Origin: an uncultured Lentisphaerales bacterium
GTDB taxonomy: Bacteria; Verrucomicrobiota; Lentisphaeria; JABSQK01; UBA12247
Direction: 5' to 3'
Assembly: GCA_943788985.1 (NCBI GenBank)
Contig: CALSSJ010000002.1
Span: forward strand, 32,001-96,000
DNA: 64,000 nucleotides
Position numbers and translations under genes: made by a program. Positions within the stretch are counted from its first letter, which is position 1, and every line of letters begins with the position of its first letter. Positions 28,358 to 38,049 of the stretch are shown here, piece by piece. A model generated the notes under the pieces. That model saw nothing but the letters and a program-made list of their open reading frames with translations, searched no databases and was not told the DNA's origin.

Positions 28358-29493
28358 CGCGCTGCGAGCTACTCGCTTGCCTGCTGGTCCTCACGCTGCC
28401 TTGCGCAGCGGCTGAGGCCCAGCTGGTAATCCGGGCCCGCGTGCTCGCCACCCTGCACGAAGCCGCGCTCTTCACCGCCGACGGCGTCGAGCGCACCGCA
28501 GAGCGCAAGAAACTCCTGCGCCGCCAACAGTCGCTACGCAGCTGGTTCGAATCCCATGGAAAGAGCCTGCGCCTCAGCGACTGTCGCACCGATGCCGACC
28601 GTGCCAACTACCGGGACTTCCGCGGCGTCATGGCCACTGAGAAGTTTCTGCGGATGTCTGCCAAGGCCCGCGCTCGCTACATCGCCCGCGTCGATCGCCG
28701 GCTGGCCACCATGTGCGCGCGCTGGGCTGAGGCCTGGGCGCAATTCTCCCCGCATCGCCCACCGGCCGAGATGCCCAACATTGCCGTCCGCTATTTCGGC
28801 TTTGGCGCCTACACCACCACCGCCGCGATGTACTACCCCAAGAGTCAGACCGTGTATCTAAATCTCAATCACGCCCGCGACGATCCGGACGATCTGGTCG
28901 ACTCGCTTGAGCACGAGCTCTGGCATCACTTCATCCCCCTGGTCACCGCCGACACCGTCGCCCAGAACATCTGGTTCGAAGGCTTTACCGAATTCTACAG
29001 CGAGCTCTGGGCCGAGCCCTTTCGCCGCGCCAGGGAAGAGGAGTCCACGCACTCGGTCGAGTATCCCGTCCAGACTGCCTACGTGACCCTCCGCTACCTC
29101 CAGAACCGAGAGCAGACCCATGCTATCACCTTTGGTACCACGCCCATGCCAGATCTCCTCGCCGCCTCCCAAGCCAAGCTCGCGAAATTGAGCGAGATGC
29201 TCGGGAACTGGGGCTGGAAAGAAGACGATGGTGCCCCCGGCGTAGCACTAGACCGCTACATCCTCAACGGACGCTTCTCGGCCCCAGCGCTCAGCGACCT
29301 GTTCCGCAAAGATCGACAGCTACTCCTCGACCTCATCCAAGCCATCAGCGTTTGCGAACTCCGCAACGCCCGTGAGGCTGGCTTCGACGATCGCTGGGCC
29401 CGAAAGCAAGACCTCCCTGAGCACCTCAAGCAGAATCTGATTGAGGTCTTCAAGTACGTCAAGAACCCGAGGCGTCAGCATGCCAACCGCTGA
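28354..29493 (+). CDS. Putative secreted zinc metallopeptidase (gluzincin-like)
   Basis: Signal peptide; HELWH followed by WFEGFTE; ATGA overlap. Confidence 0.6.
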   Translation: MTRCELLACLLVLTLPCAAAEAQLVIRARVLATLHEAALFTADGVERTAERKKLLRRQQSLRSWFESHGKSLRLSDCRTDADRANYRDFRGVMATEKFLRMSAKARARYIARVDRRLATMCARWAEAWAQFSPHRPPAEMPNIAVRYFGFGAYTTTAAMYYPKSQTVYLNLNHARDDPDDLVDSLEHELWHHFIPLVTADTVAQNIWFEGFTEFYSELWAEPFRRAREEESTHSVEYPVQTAYVTLRYLQNREQTHAITFGTTPMPDLLAASQAKLAKLSEMLGNWGWKEDDGAPGVALDRYILNGRFSAPALSDLFRKDRQLLLDLIQAISVCELRNAREAGFDDRWARKQDLPEHLKQNLIEVFKYVKNPRRQHANR

Positions 29494-30238
29494 TATTTTT
29501 TCCTTGAGCCCGGCCGCCTGGTGCCTCGTGATCGTGGCCGCAATTCTAGTCGGCATGGCCAAGGCAGGCATTGCGGGGCTGGGGATTTTAGTGGTCGCCA
29601 TCATGGCGGACCTGTTTCCGGCCAAGATCTCCACCGGTATCCTGCTGCCCATGTTGATCATGGCAGATATCGGCGCCGTGCGTTACTACAATCGTCACGC
29701 AGATTGGAAGATGCTGTCGCGGATCATTCCAGCCTCCTTGGTCGGCGTGCTGATCGGTGCGTTTGTGCTAGATCAGCTGTCGAACCTTCAGTTGCGTCGC
29801 ATCATCGGCGTCGTCACCCTGATCTTGCTGGCGCTGACCATTCTTCGCGACCGCGGTGTGATCTCCGACGACCGCTTTCCGAAAGGTACCGGAGTCTCGA
29901 TCTGCGCGGGCATGGCCGTGGGCATCGTCACCATGCTGGCAAACGCAGCTGGCCCGCTCATGGCCGTTTACTTGCTCGCCATGGGCCTAAACAAAAAGAA
30001 CGAATTCATCGGCACGATCGCCTGGTTCTTCCTGGTGCTCAACGTCTTCAAGGTCCCCTTCAGCATCTACCTCGACCTGATCACCGTCGAAAGTTTCGTC
30101 TTCAACCTCAAGTTACTTCCCGTCATCCTGGTCGGCGGCGTGATCGGCATTGCCATCGTCAAGCGTATCAAGCAGAAGCCGTATCTGATCTGGGTCTATT
30201 CGCTCACCGCAGTCGCCTGCATCAAGCTCCTGTTGTAG
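29480..30238 (+). CDS. TauE/SafE (TSUP) family permease
   Basis: GMAKAGIAG, STGILLPMLIMADI, TMLANAAGP, FFLVLNVFKVP; about 8 TM segments. Confidence 0.9.
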   Translation: MPTADIFSLSPAAWCLVIVAAILVGMAKAGIAGLGILVVAIMADLFPAKISTGILLPMLIMADIGAVRYYNRHADWKMLSRIIPASLVGVLIGAFVLDQLSNLQLRRIIGVVTLILLALTILRDRGVISDDRFPKGTGVSICAGMAVGIVTMLANAAGPLMAVYLLAMGLNKKNEFIGTIAWFFLVLNVFKVPFSIYLDLITVESFVFNLKLLPVILVGGVIGIAIVKRIKQKPYLIWVYSLTAVACIKLLL

Positions 30239-30407
30239 TCGTGGGGCTGGCGAGGAGTTCTAGCGGAGGTGTGTGGCCGCCCTACTCATTTCCTCAATAG
30301 CTCAGAATGCCGGTACTGAGGCTGTCGGGTTGCGAACTCCGCAAAACCAAGAGATAGCCCAGCGTGGGATGAATGATCTCGTAGTGCAGGCTGGCATAAG
30401 GGAGCCG

Positions 30408-33305
30408 CTAGCTGCGGGTGATCTGGAGGCCGGTGCCCGAGACCGAGAAGTCCACGAACCGTCCGCGATCGTTGGGCGGATCCTCTATCAGGGTACGGCG
30501 GATTCGAGCCGCGGCTTCGTGGTCTTTGGCAAACATGAGCAAGTAGCCACCGCCACCGGCTCCGAGCAGCTTGCAGGCCGCCAGGTAGTCGCTGACGCGC
30601 CGAATGATGTCTTGCACGCCCGGCGGGTTGGTCCCGCTGTCGAGCCGCTGGTTCAAATCCCAGCTGCGCGCCACTACCTCACACAATCCGTTCCAATTTG
30701 CCTGCTGGATGACATCGCAGGCAATATCAGCATTCAGTCCAATATCTTTCACCACGTCCAGCCGCGCTTTCGAGTTCAAGAAGAAGCCCCGCACGATCTC
30801 GTGTAAAATGTCCCTGGCGGTGCGAGTGATACCGGTGTAGTACAGCAACACCACGCGGTTGGCATGCGCCGAGTCGAACAGATACTCGGGAAGCCACTTG
30901 GTGACCGGAATCTGACGAAAGCCGGGCACCGTCTCGACAAACTTGATCGACCGCAGTAGCCCGCCAACCTGATCCTGCCAGCCACCGCCAGTGGTCAACA
31001 TTTGCTCCAAAGCCAGGGTCCGTTGGACCAAATCATGATGGTCCCAGCCGAGCCCGCAAAGATCGCTCAGCGTCCCCAAAACCGTAGAGGCGAGAATGCT
31101 GCTGGTGCCAAGCCCGGAGCCTTTTGGCACTGCCGCCAGTAACGACAGCTCCAGGCCTCCACCAAATTCTCCCAGCTGCTGCTGCAAGCTGTCGAATTTG
31201 CACTCGCTGAAGGTGGGGTGAAAGCCGGCCAGCGCCAATGCCGCCTTGGGGATGGCGAAGGCACTTCCTACGCGGTTGTAAGCAGCAAGGCTGGCGTAGT
31301 CCGTGACCCGCTCTTCCACACCGAGGTCTATGGAGCGCAGCACGATTTCATTATGGTCGCTGACCCGCGCGAAGACTTGGATCGGTGGATGGCCGTTTAG
31401 ATCTGCAGCGAGATTCACGACCCGACCTCCCTTCATCAGGCAATACGGCGGCGTGTCGGTCCAGCCGCCAGCCAGATCCAGCCGGATCGGGCTCCGCCCC
31501 CACACGATCTGGTCGTTCTTGACTGTAGGCATCGGCGCGGCGCGGCCCGCAGAAAACGCATCCAGCACGGTCACACGCAACGTCGTAAAGGCGATCTCTT
31601 CCTCGCTCTTCCACGCTGCATCGTTGCGGATTCGTAACACTGCAGAGCGGAACATCGCGGCATTCACTTTGCGCATGGCCGTAGTCGTACGACGCTCTGG
31701 CAGCTCTTCCGGGAGTTCTGGAATCTCGAGTCCGGCCGCAGCGTAGTCTCGCGCTGTCGCATCGAGATCCAGCCGGTAAAACACGCTGCGCTCGTGATGG
31801 CGCGCCAGGATCGGGAGAGCGTCACGCCGAAATTGCGTGCGCTGCTCCTTCAGTCGCGTCAGGTTCGCCCGGTCTCCCAGCGCTTCTGCAGAGAGGCGTT
31901 CTGCCTGCTCCCATTGCGCCCGAAACTCTGGGCTGTCTGCCGGGTGCGTCGCGATCAGCCACTCGACGAACGGACCAGTCGCCTCTTCCTGCTGCAGCAC
32001 CGGAAACAACGGCGCTTGCTGTAAATCTACGCCTGCCAGCCCAGCGGCCTGCAGGTCGATCCCACGGCGCTCGAACCAAACCTCCGCTGGGGCACCTTGC
32101 CACAGCGTGGACGGGCTGTCCACATCGCCGCGAAACGGGTCATCGATCCCATACGGGCGGATACAGATCGACGCTTCACCGATCGGCAACATATCGAGGC
32201 AACACCCGGGCGGAAGCGACACCTGCCAATCGTTCTTGGGGATGCCGGTCAGCACATGCGCGTGACTCAACTTCCAGCGCTGGCCAATGTGCGCATTCTC
32301 AATCCACAGCGCATGGTTCTCATCATTCAGACGATATTTCACGATCGCATTCTGAATAAACATATCTGGGTGAGATTTCCCCGGATTCATCGGCGTCAGG
32401 CGTTGATCCACGATCAGGTTCTGCAAGCGCTCCGAACTCTCGATCATCTCTCGGCTGGTGCCAAAATGGTAGAACTGCCCGGCAGGCAGCGCGTAGACCG
32501 CGCAGGTGAGGCCGGCGAGCGCCGGGTCAGGCTGCGTGGGTGAGGTGCCAAGTCCCAAGGCGAACTCATGGTACAGCTCGTAGTTGTTCGGCCGACCGCC
32601 GCTGAATTCCTGCGACTGTTCGTCCCAGCCACACTTCTCAGCCAGCGCCTTGGCGGCGCGTTCACTGAACAGCCACATGCCGGAATCGATCATAAACAGA
32701 TTCCCGTCGCGAATCTCCTCACGAATCTCGTCCACCGACGGCTTCTGTAAGCAATACGCCAGTTCGGTCGGACGGCTTCGTGGGCAAAACTGCACGCCAA
32801 AATGTGTCGCCTCGTGCGGCTGCACCCACAGCCCGACGATCACGACATCAGCCTCAGGCAATGGCGGCAACGGCTCTTCGAACTGCACCAGTACATCGCC
32901 GCTGCACACGGCAAAGCGACTCATCTCAGGCGCGGCTTCAAAAATGCGCTCGTAGCCCTCCACCTGCAGATCCAGCAAGGTCTGGTCCAGGCGCTAGCCT
33001 ACACTCCAGCGCCAGGCAGGCATCGGCAATTGGATCTTCCCCGGGGCCGCGTAGGCGGGTAGGCGTCTGCTTTGCCCGCCGCCGTGCACCATCAGCCGTT
33101 TGTCATCCTGGAGCCACTCGCCAAATGTCAGTTCGCGGGGTGAGGTCTGTCGCCAGGCTTCAATCAGCAGGTTTGCGGTCCCGCCGCCGGATCCAAGCTT
33201 CCCGCCTGGTGGATCGGCAGTTGCGAACCAGCTTGGGCGCGGCAATTCCATCAGTTCTTCAAACGAGGCGGCGCTGTTCGGCGGTAGGGAAACCAGATAT
33301 TGCAC
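30408..33305 (-). pseudogene. fkp: Bifunctional L-fucokinase / fucose-1-phosphate guanylyltransferase (Fkp) interrupted by in-frame TAG at 32994-32996
   Basis: KLGSGGGT, HGGGQSRRLP, then WSVG*RLDQTLLDLQ in the same frame; GHMP kinase RLDLAGGWTDTPP, PKGSGLGTSS, GGGWQDQ, GAGGGG. Confidence 0.88.
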
Positions 33306-33508
33306 AGGAACACTCTCGGGGGCTGTCAGGCGGGGCGGTACAATCTACGCAGTTACGCGCATGCGCCAATCTGCTGCTGAGAGTTGCCCGCCGCAACAAT
33401 TGTCAGCCCAGTCATTAACTCATACCGCCGGGAGCATGGCGTCATCAAGTCACCAAGTCCTGCCCTTCGCACTTTGCGGGAGAGGTGCGTTCCCCTTTCG
33501 TGGTGCCC

Positions 33509-33898
33509 TCAAGCCGCCTGCAGCCGCTCTGAGACCTTCACACAGCCCAGCCCTAGACCGATGCCTGCCGCGGAGCAAACGAGGTCGCTCCAGACAAACC
33601 AGTGTCCCAGTACCAGCGCGCACAATTGATACTCGCGCAGCGCGTCCAGCCAGGGTGGGTGCCACAACTGCGTCAGTTCAATACACACCGCGATGCCGGC
33701 TGCCACGGCCGCGAGCCTGCCGAGCCCCCAGGTGTGCCGAAACCAACGCAAAGCGAGCACCAATGCCACGGCCCACAGCGTGTCCCCGCCATACGTGGCC
33801 ACCGCGTCCGGCCAGATCCCGGGAAAGCTGCGCGTGCTGAGGCCCAGCAGAATGACTGGGCCCAAGAGGATCGCTGCGTGGGCTTGTTTTCGGTTCAT
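33509..33898 (-). CDS. DUF2809 family membrane protein
   Basis: GLSTR, YGGDTLWA, IELTQL, LVLGHWFVWSDL. Confidence 0.8.
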   Translation of the reverse strand: MNRKQAHAAILLGPVILLGLSTRSFPGIWPDAVATYGGDTLWAVALVLALRWFRHTWGLGRLAAVAAGIAVCIELTQLWHPPWLDALREYQLCALVLGHWFVWSDLVCSAAGIGLGLGCVKVSERLQAA

Positions 33899-33937
33899 CG
33901 TCGTCTGCGTCCAGCCGTAGGCTGTTGGACATTGGCT

Positions 33938-35878
33938 TTAATTTTTGGCTGGCTTTGTCCGGCGAATTCGGTCGATGGCACTGCGGACTCCGCGATGCTC
34001 GGCTGGCTCGAGGTCCTGGCCACCGTAGGCAACATTACAAAATGTCTGGGTGACCTGGGCGATGTCGCTGGCAGCGGGATGCTCCTGTTTCTGGAGGCGG
34101 CCGAGAAATTGGAATGGGGTTTCGGCTGGGGCGCGGCGGAGGCCCTGCTTGCGCAGGATGCGGAGCAGGTCTCCGTAGAAATGCTGGGCCTCGACCACGG
34201 GTTCCTTTCTGCGCCACAGGGGCAACCTCCAGCCCTCAAAACGCCTAAGCTGCCAGAGCATGTAAAGGGCGACGGAGATCAGGAGGATCCAGCGCAGAGG
34301 AACGCGGTCAAAGGCGACCGCTGATACAGCGACCGCGCTGCTGTAGAGAGAGCGAAGCGTCTCGTCCTGGTCTTCCCGGTCAAACTCCACGATTTTCGAG
34401 ACCCAGATGTGTTGCATCCATTCGTAGAGAGACAGCGCCAGTTGTCGCTGCTCGCCAACGTCTGAGGTACCGAAGGGCGTGCCATCGACGATGTACCAGC
34501 GGCCGTCGTACCAAGCTTCGGTCCACGCGTGCGCGTGCTTCGCTCGTACGTTGTAGAAGTCACCGAACTGGTTCTTCTCTTTGGCGACGTAACCGATCGC
34601 GACCCGCGCCGGGATGCCCCGCATTCGCAGCAGAACTGCCATGGCAGAAGCGAATCGTTCGCAGTGCCCTTCTTTGGCGTTCAGGATCAGGTCATCCACG
34701 GGGGCCCCTCGGTTCAGATCCGGCGCTCCGAGGCGATAGGTGAAGTCGTTGCGAAAGGTCTGGGTGAGCATCTCGATCTGTGCAACTGGCTCGCGGTTGT
34801 CGCCCAAGACGTTCTCCAGCCAAGCGCGCAGCTCAGGGGAGGTTGTTGGCAATTCGAGGTGTCGTTTATGGTCGCGTTCCTGGAGGGGCTTGGGCTCGGC
34901 CTCCAGCGTGGTCCAATAGTAATAGGTGGGCTCGTGGCGGAGCGCACTTGAGACGTGTACTGCGCCGTCGCCTGTCAGCACGCCCTGCTGCAGGGTGCTA
35001 CCCCAAACCACGTGCACGTAGCCGTCCGTCGGTAGGTCAATGCCCAATGCTCTGCGATTGTTTACAATGACCTGCCGCTTAATCGCGCCTTCCGGTTGGG
35101 GCAAGTCCCAGTTGCGCAGCTTGACTTGGTTCCAGCGGGAACGGCGCCAGACCGTTCCGTCGAATTCATCAAAAGCCTTGGTTTTCAGATAGCCGATATT
35201 CTCGCCTTCTATCCGAAAAATCATGGCCTCGGAACCAGGCCCGTCTACGCTTTCGCTGCTGTCGATCTCGTCGTGAAGTGGCCCCCCCCCGACCGAGGAG
35301 ATCATGCTGCTATGCACGGCACCAAATCGCGGAAAGAAGATCCAGAAGACCCCGGAAAGCAGGATGATAATCAGAATCCCCAGGCCGCCGAGCCGGTAGG
35401 TGGGGGCGAGATAGGCTTTCGCGGCATTCAGCCGCTCGTTCTCGAGCTCAGCCAGCGCTTTCGGCAACAGGATCAGGGTGAGCAGCAGCACCGGGATCGC
35501 AGAGACGTTCACCACCACTTGGGTGCCCATGCCGATCAGAATGAGCGAGGAGAATACGCACCATTGGCGCGTACGCAGATTCTGGGCTGACAGCGTGTGC
35601 ATTAGCTGGTAGATATAAAGGACATTACTGCCCAGAAAGATGGAGCTGTGCACGGTGCGAAGCTCGGCATTGCTGAATAGGCCAAACAGGGCAAAGGCAA
35701 AAATCAGCGCCACCGTCTGTTGCAGCGTGTTCACGGGCGCGCCTTTCCGCTGCCGTACCAAGCAGGCAATGCTCAGGCCGAGGTAGAGGGGAATGGCCAG
35801 CCGGGTATCCCAGACGTGCGCCTGGCAGTAGGCGGAGATGAGCAGCAGGATGCTCGTGGGATGTGTGAAATGGGCCAT
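33938..35878 (-). CDS. Membrane transglutaminase-like protein (TgpA family, DUF3488 + TGase + DUF4129)
   Basis: N-terminal TMs; catalytic triad motifs GHCERFA, HAWTE, DGTP. Start ATG at 35878 overlaps the upstream TAA (TAATG). Confidence 0.88.
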   Translation of the reverse strand: MAHFTHPTSILLLISAYCQAHVWDTRLAIPLYLGLSIACLVRQRKGAPVNTLQQTVALIFAFALFGLFSNAELRTVHSSIFLGSNVLYIYQLMHTLSAQNLRTRQWCVFSSLILIGMGTQVVVNVSAIPVLLLTLILLPKALAELENERLNAAKAYLAPTYRLGGLGILIIILLSGVFWIFFPRFGAVHSSMISSVGGGPLHDEIDSSESVDGPGSEAMIFRIEGENIGYLKTKAFDEFDGTVWRRSRWNQVKLRNWDLPQPEGAIKRQVIVNNRRALGIDLPTDGYVHVVWGSTLQQGVLTGDGAVHVSSALRHEPTYYYWTTLEAEPKPLQERDHKRHLELPTTSPELRAWLENVLGDNREPVAQIEMLTQTFRNDFTYRLGAPDLNRGAPVDDLILNAKEGHCERFASAMAVLLRMRGIPARVAIGYVAKEKNQFGDFYNVRAKHAHAWTEAWYDGRWYIVDGTPFGTSDVGEQRQLALSLYEWMQHIWVSKIVEFDREDQDETLRSLYSSAVAVSAVAFDRVPLRWILLISVALYMLWQLRRFEGWRLPLWRRKEPVVEAQHFYGDLLRILRKQGLRRAPAETPFQFLGRLQKQEHPAASDIAQVTQTFCNVAYGGQDLEPAEHRGVRSAIDRIRRTKPAKN

Positions 35879-36990
35879 TATGACAGCAGCTCCCGCTCCC
35901 GGAAGCGGTGGATGGGGGCTCGGGTCCCAGTGATTTCGATGCCTTCGGGCAGATAGAGAGAGACTTTGCGATTTTCGCAGGTCACTAGGCGGTCGAGGGC
36001 GGCAAGCGCCGCTCCGTCGATGGTTGGCAGGACGAAGACGAGTCCGGCACGTTGCGGCAATTTGCGCACGGCGGCCTCGATGTGGTCGGCGGTGGTGGTG
36101 CCTGGCTCGGGCTTGAGCCTGGCGAGTGGTCCGAGGAAGGCATTTCCATCGGTGAACGGTGGGACCGAGATCGGGTCGGGGTTTTGCAGCTCGATATACT
36201 CGAGCTGAAACCCGCTGTCCTGGCAGGCAAGCATGAGCGAAGCCGCAGCGCGCGCAGCCCAATCCAGATGCTCGGGGATTTCTGTCTCGCAGCCCATCAC
36301 CAGACCGACACGGCCTGAGAGTTGTTCGTCGAATTCTCGGACCATCATACCCAAGCCCTTGCTCGTGCTGGGCCAGTGAATCATCTTGACTGGATCCTCG
36401 GGCAGCATGGGCCGCACCCCGTGGAAGTTCTCTCCGGTTCGGGCCTTGTGCTGGCCGGCAAAGTTGCCTCCGAGCATGGGCTCAAAGCCGGCTGCCTGTG
36501 GCGGGGAGCAGGGATAGCTCCCTGGGTGGACAATGACTTCCCCGGCGCAGGCCAACCGCTGGCGCCAGCTGATGAAGCCGAAGGGGTAGGCCGACGCGAG
36601 TTCCAACTCGGAGAACGGGTAGATGCCGCGTCGCTCAAAGATGACGTGCGGGGTGACATGGGCTTCGCCATCGGGCGCTAGGGTGCCGACGGTGAAGAAG
36701 GGACCCCAAGGGCCTTCAACAGAGAGGCAGCCTGCTGGTGCTTTCCCCGGATTGGCGATCGTCCAGGTCCCGATCACTCGCTCTCCCTCGGCTGCAGTGA
36801 TTGTTTCTGGCGGGGTAAGGGTAAGGCCCAGGCTGTGGCGTCCCTCGACGAAGTTGATCACGTAGCAGGCGAAGAGAATGCCGATGACTAGGAACAGCAG
36901 ACCTGACTGGGCCTGCTGTGACGCAGCATAGAGGACGATGCCGCCAGCGACCCAGCACCAGCCCATCTTGGTCATTGTGACGCGTTTCAT
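35878..36990 (-). CDS. DUF58 domain protein
   Basis: RRGIY, YPFG, FHGVR, DPVKMIHWPSTSK, MMVREF; sits in a MoxR operon. Confidence 0.88.
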   Translation of the reverse strand: MKRVTMTKMGWCWVAGGIVLYAASQQAQSGLLFLVIGILFACYVINFVEGRHSLGLTLTPPETITAAEGERVIGTWTIANPGKAPAGCLSVEGPWGPFFTVGTLAPDGEAHVTPHVIFERRGIYPFSELELASAYPFGFISWRQRLACAGEVIVHPGSYPCSPPQAAGFEPMLGGNFAGQHKARTGENFHGVRPMLPEDPVKMIHWPSTSKGLGMMVREFDEQLSGRVGLVMGCETEIPEHLDWAARAAASLMLACQDSGFQLEYIELQNPDPISVPPFTDGNAFLGPLARLKPEPGTTTADHIEAAVRKLPQRAGLVFVLPTIDGAALAALDRLVTCENRKVSLYLPEGIEITGTRAPIHRFRERELLS

Positions 36991-37003
36991 GGCTGCTAGC
37001 AGC

Positions 37004-37957
37004 TCAGACCGGTACGGGGACGGATTCCACCAACTCTGCCAAGACCTCGGTCGCCGATAAGGCGGCGTGACGGGTGCCGCGGCGGACGATCACGCGATGG
37101 GCTAGGACGACGGGGCCCGCGGCCTGAATGTCATCCGGTAGCACATGATCGCGGCTAGCCATCAGCGCCAGGGCTTGGGCGAAGCGAAGCAGATCCAGCG
37201 TCCCTCGGGGGCTGGCACCGTATTCCAGGATGTCGGTCGCCCGGGTGGCGCGGACCACATCTACGACGTACTGGGCGATCTGATCGGAGACATGAACGGC
37301 CTGAACAGCCTCTTGCATGATCACGAGTTCGTCGCAGTTGATAACCGGTTTGAGATCATCGATCGGCGTCTTGGTCAGGCGCTGCAACAGCATATGCTTC
37401 TCGTCCTCTGCGCTCATGTAACCGAGGGACAGGCGGACGACGAATCGATCCATCTGGGCAAAGGGCAGGGGATAGGTTCCTTCGAGCTCGATGGGGTTCT
37501 GGGTGGCGATCACGAGGAAGGGTAGAGGCAAGCCGTATTGTGTACCGTCGACCGTCGCCTGACGCTCTTCCATCGCTTCGAGCAGACTGGATTGCGTACG
37601 CGGGGTGGCGCGGTTGATTTCGTCTCCAAGCAGGACGTTGCAGAACAATGGGCCCTTGCGAAAGGCGAATACGCCTTCATCTTGGCGATACATGTTCACT
37701 CCGGTGATATCCGACGGCAGCAGATCGGCAGTGAACTGGATGCGTTGAAAGTCTCCGGAGATGGAGCGTGACAGCGCCTTGGCCAGCATGGTCTTGCCCA
37801 CGCCCGGGACGTCCTCAAGAAGAATGTGCCCACCCGAAAGCAACGCCGCGACCGCTTGGGTGACAACTTGTTCCTTGCCGAGAATGACCTGTGCGACATT
37901 CTCTTCGAGAACCTTTGCCTGTGCTGTTGCCTGTTCCCGTGACATCCTCACCTCCAC
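37004..37957 (-). CDS. MoxR family AAA+ ATPase
   Basis: LLEDVPGVGKT, RIQFTADLLPSDITG, DEINRA, ATQNPIE, GASPRG. Confidence 0.96.
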   Translation of the reverse strand: MEVRMSREQATAQAKVLEENVAQVILGKEQVVTQAVAALLSGGHILLEDVPGVGKTMLAKALSRSISGDFQRIQFTADLLPSDITGVNMYRQDEGVFAFRKGPLFCNVLLGDEINRATPRTQSSLLEAMEERQATVDGTQYGLPLPFLVIATQNPIELEGTYPLPFAQMDRFVVRLSLGYMSAEDEKHMLLQRLTKTPIDDLKPVINCDELVIMQEAVQAVHVSDQIAQYVVDVVRATRATDILEYGASPRGTLDLLRFAQALALMASRDHVLPDDIQAAGPVVLAHRVIVRRGTRHAALSATEVLAELVESVPVPV

Positions 37958-38049
37958 CCTGTAAAACGCGCCAAATTGATAGCATAATCAAGCAAATGAT
38001 AAATTGAAGGGCGGAATTGTAGACTTTGCACCAGTTTGGTTCCCTCAGC

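Noticed and set aside
32994..32996. Genome-wide TAG recoding (Gln or pyrrolysine)
   Set aside because: TAG terminates many genes here at the expected ends, including fkp itself (30408) and the genes ending at 5786 and 6613. No pyl genes are present in the window.
35879..36262. N-terminal extension of the 774-aa transglutaminase ORF
   Set aside because: It overlaps the DUF58 gene in another frame; the TAATG coupling at 35876-35880 marks the real start.
33938..37957. MoxR-DUF58-transglutaminase as a novel system
   Set aside because: This is a widespread, well-documented gene triad with nothing unusual visible here.
37976..37991. TTGAT-N6-ATCAA palindrome upstream of moxR as an FNR site
   Set aside because: FNR boxes need an N4 spacer, and a 5-bp arm in AT-rich DNA is weak evidence.
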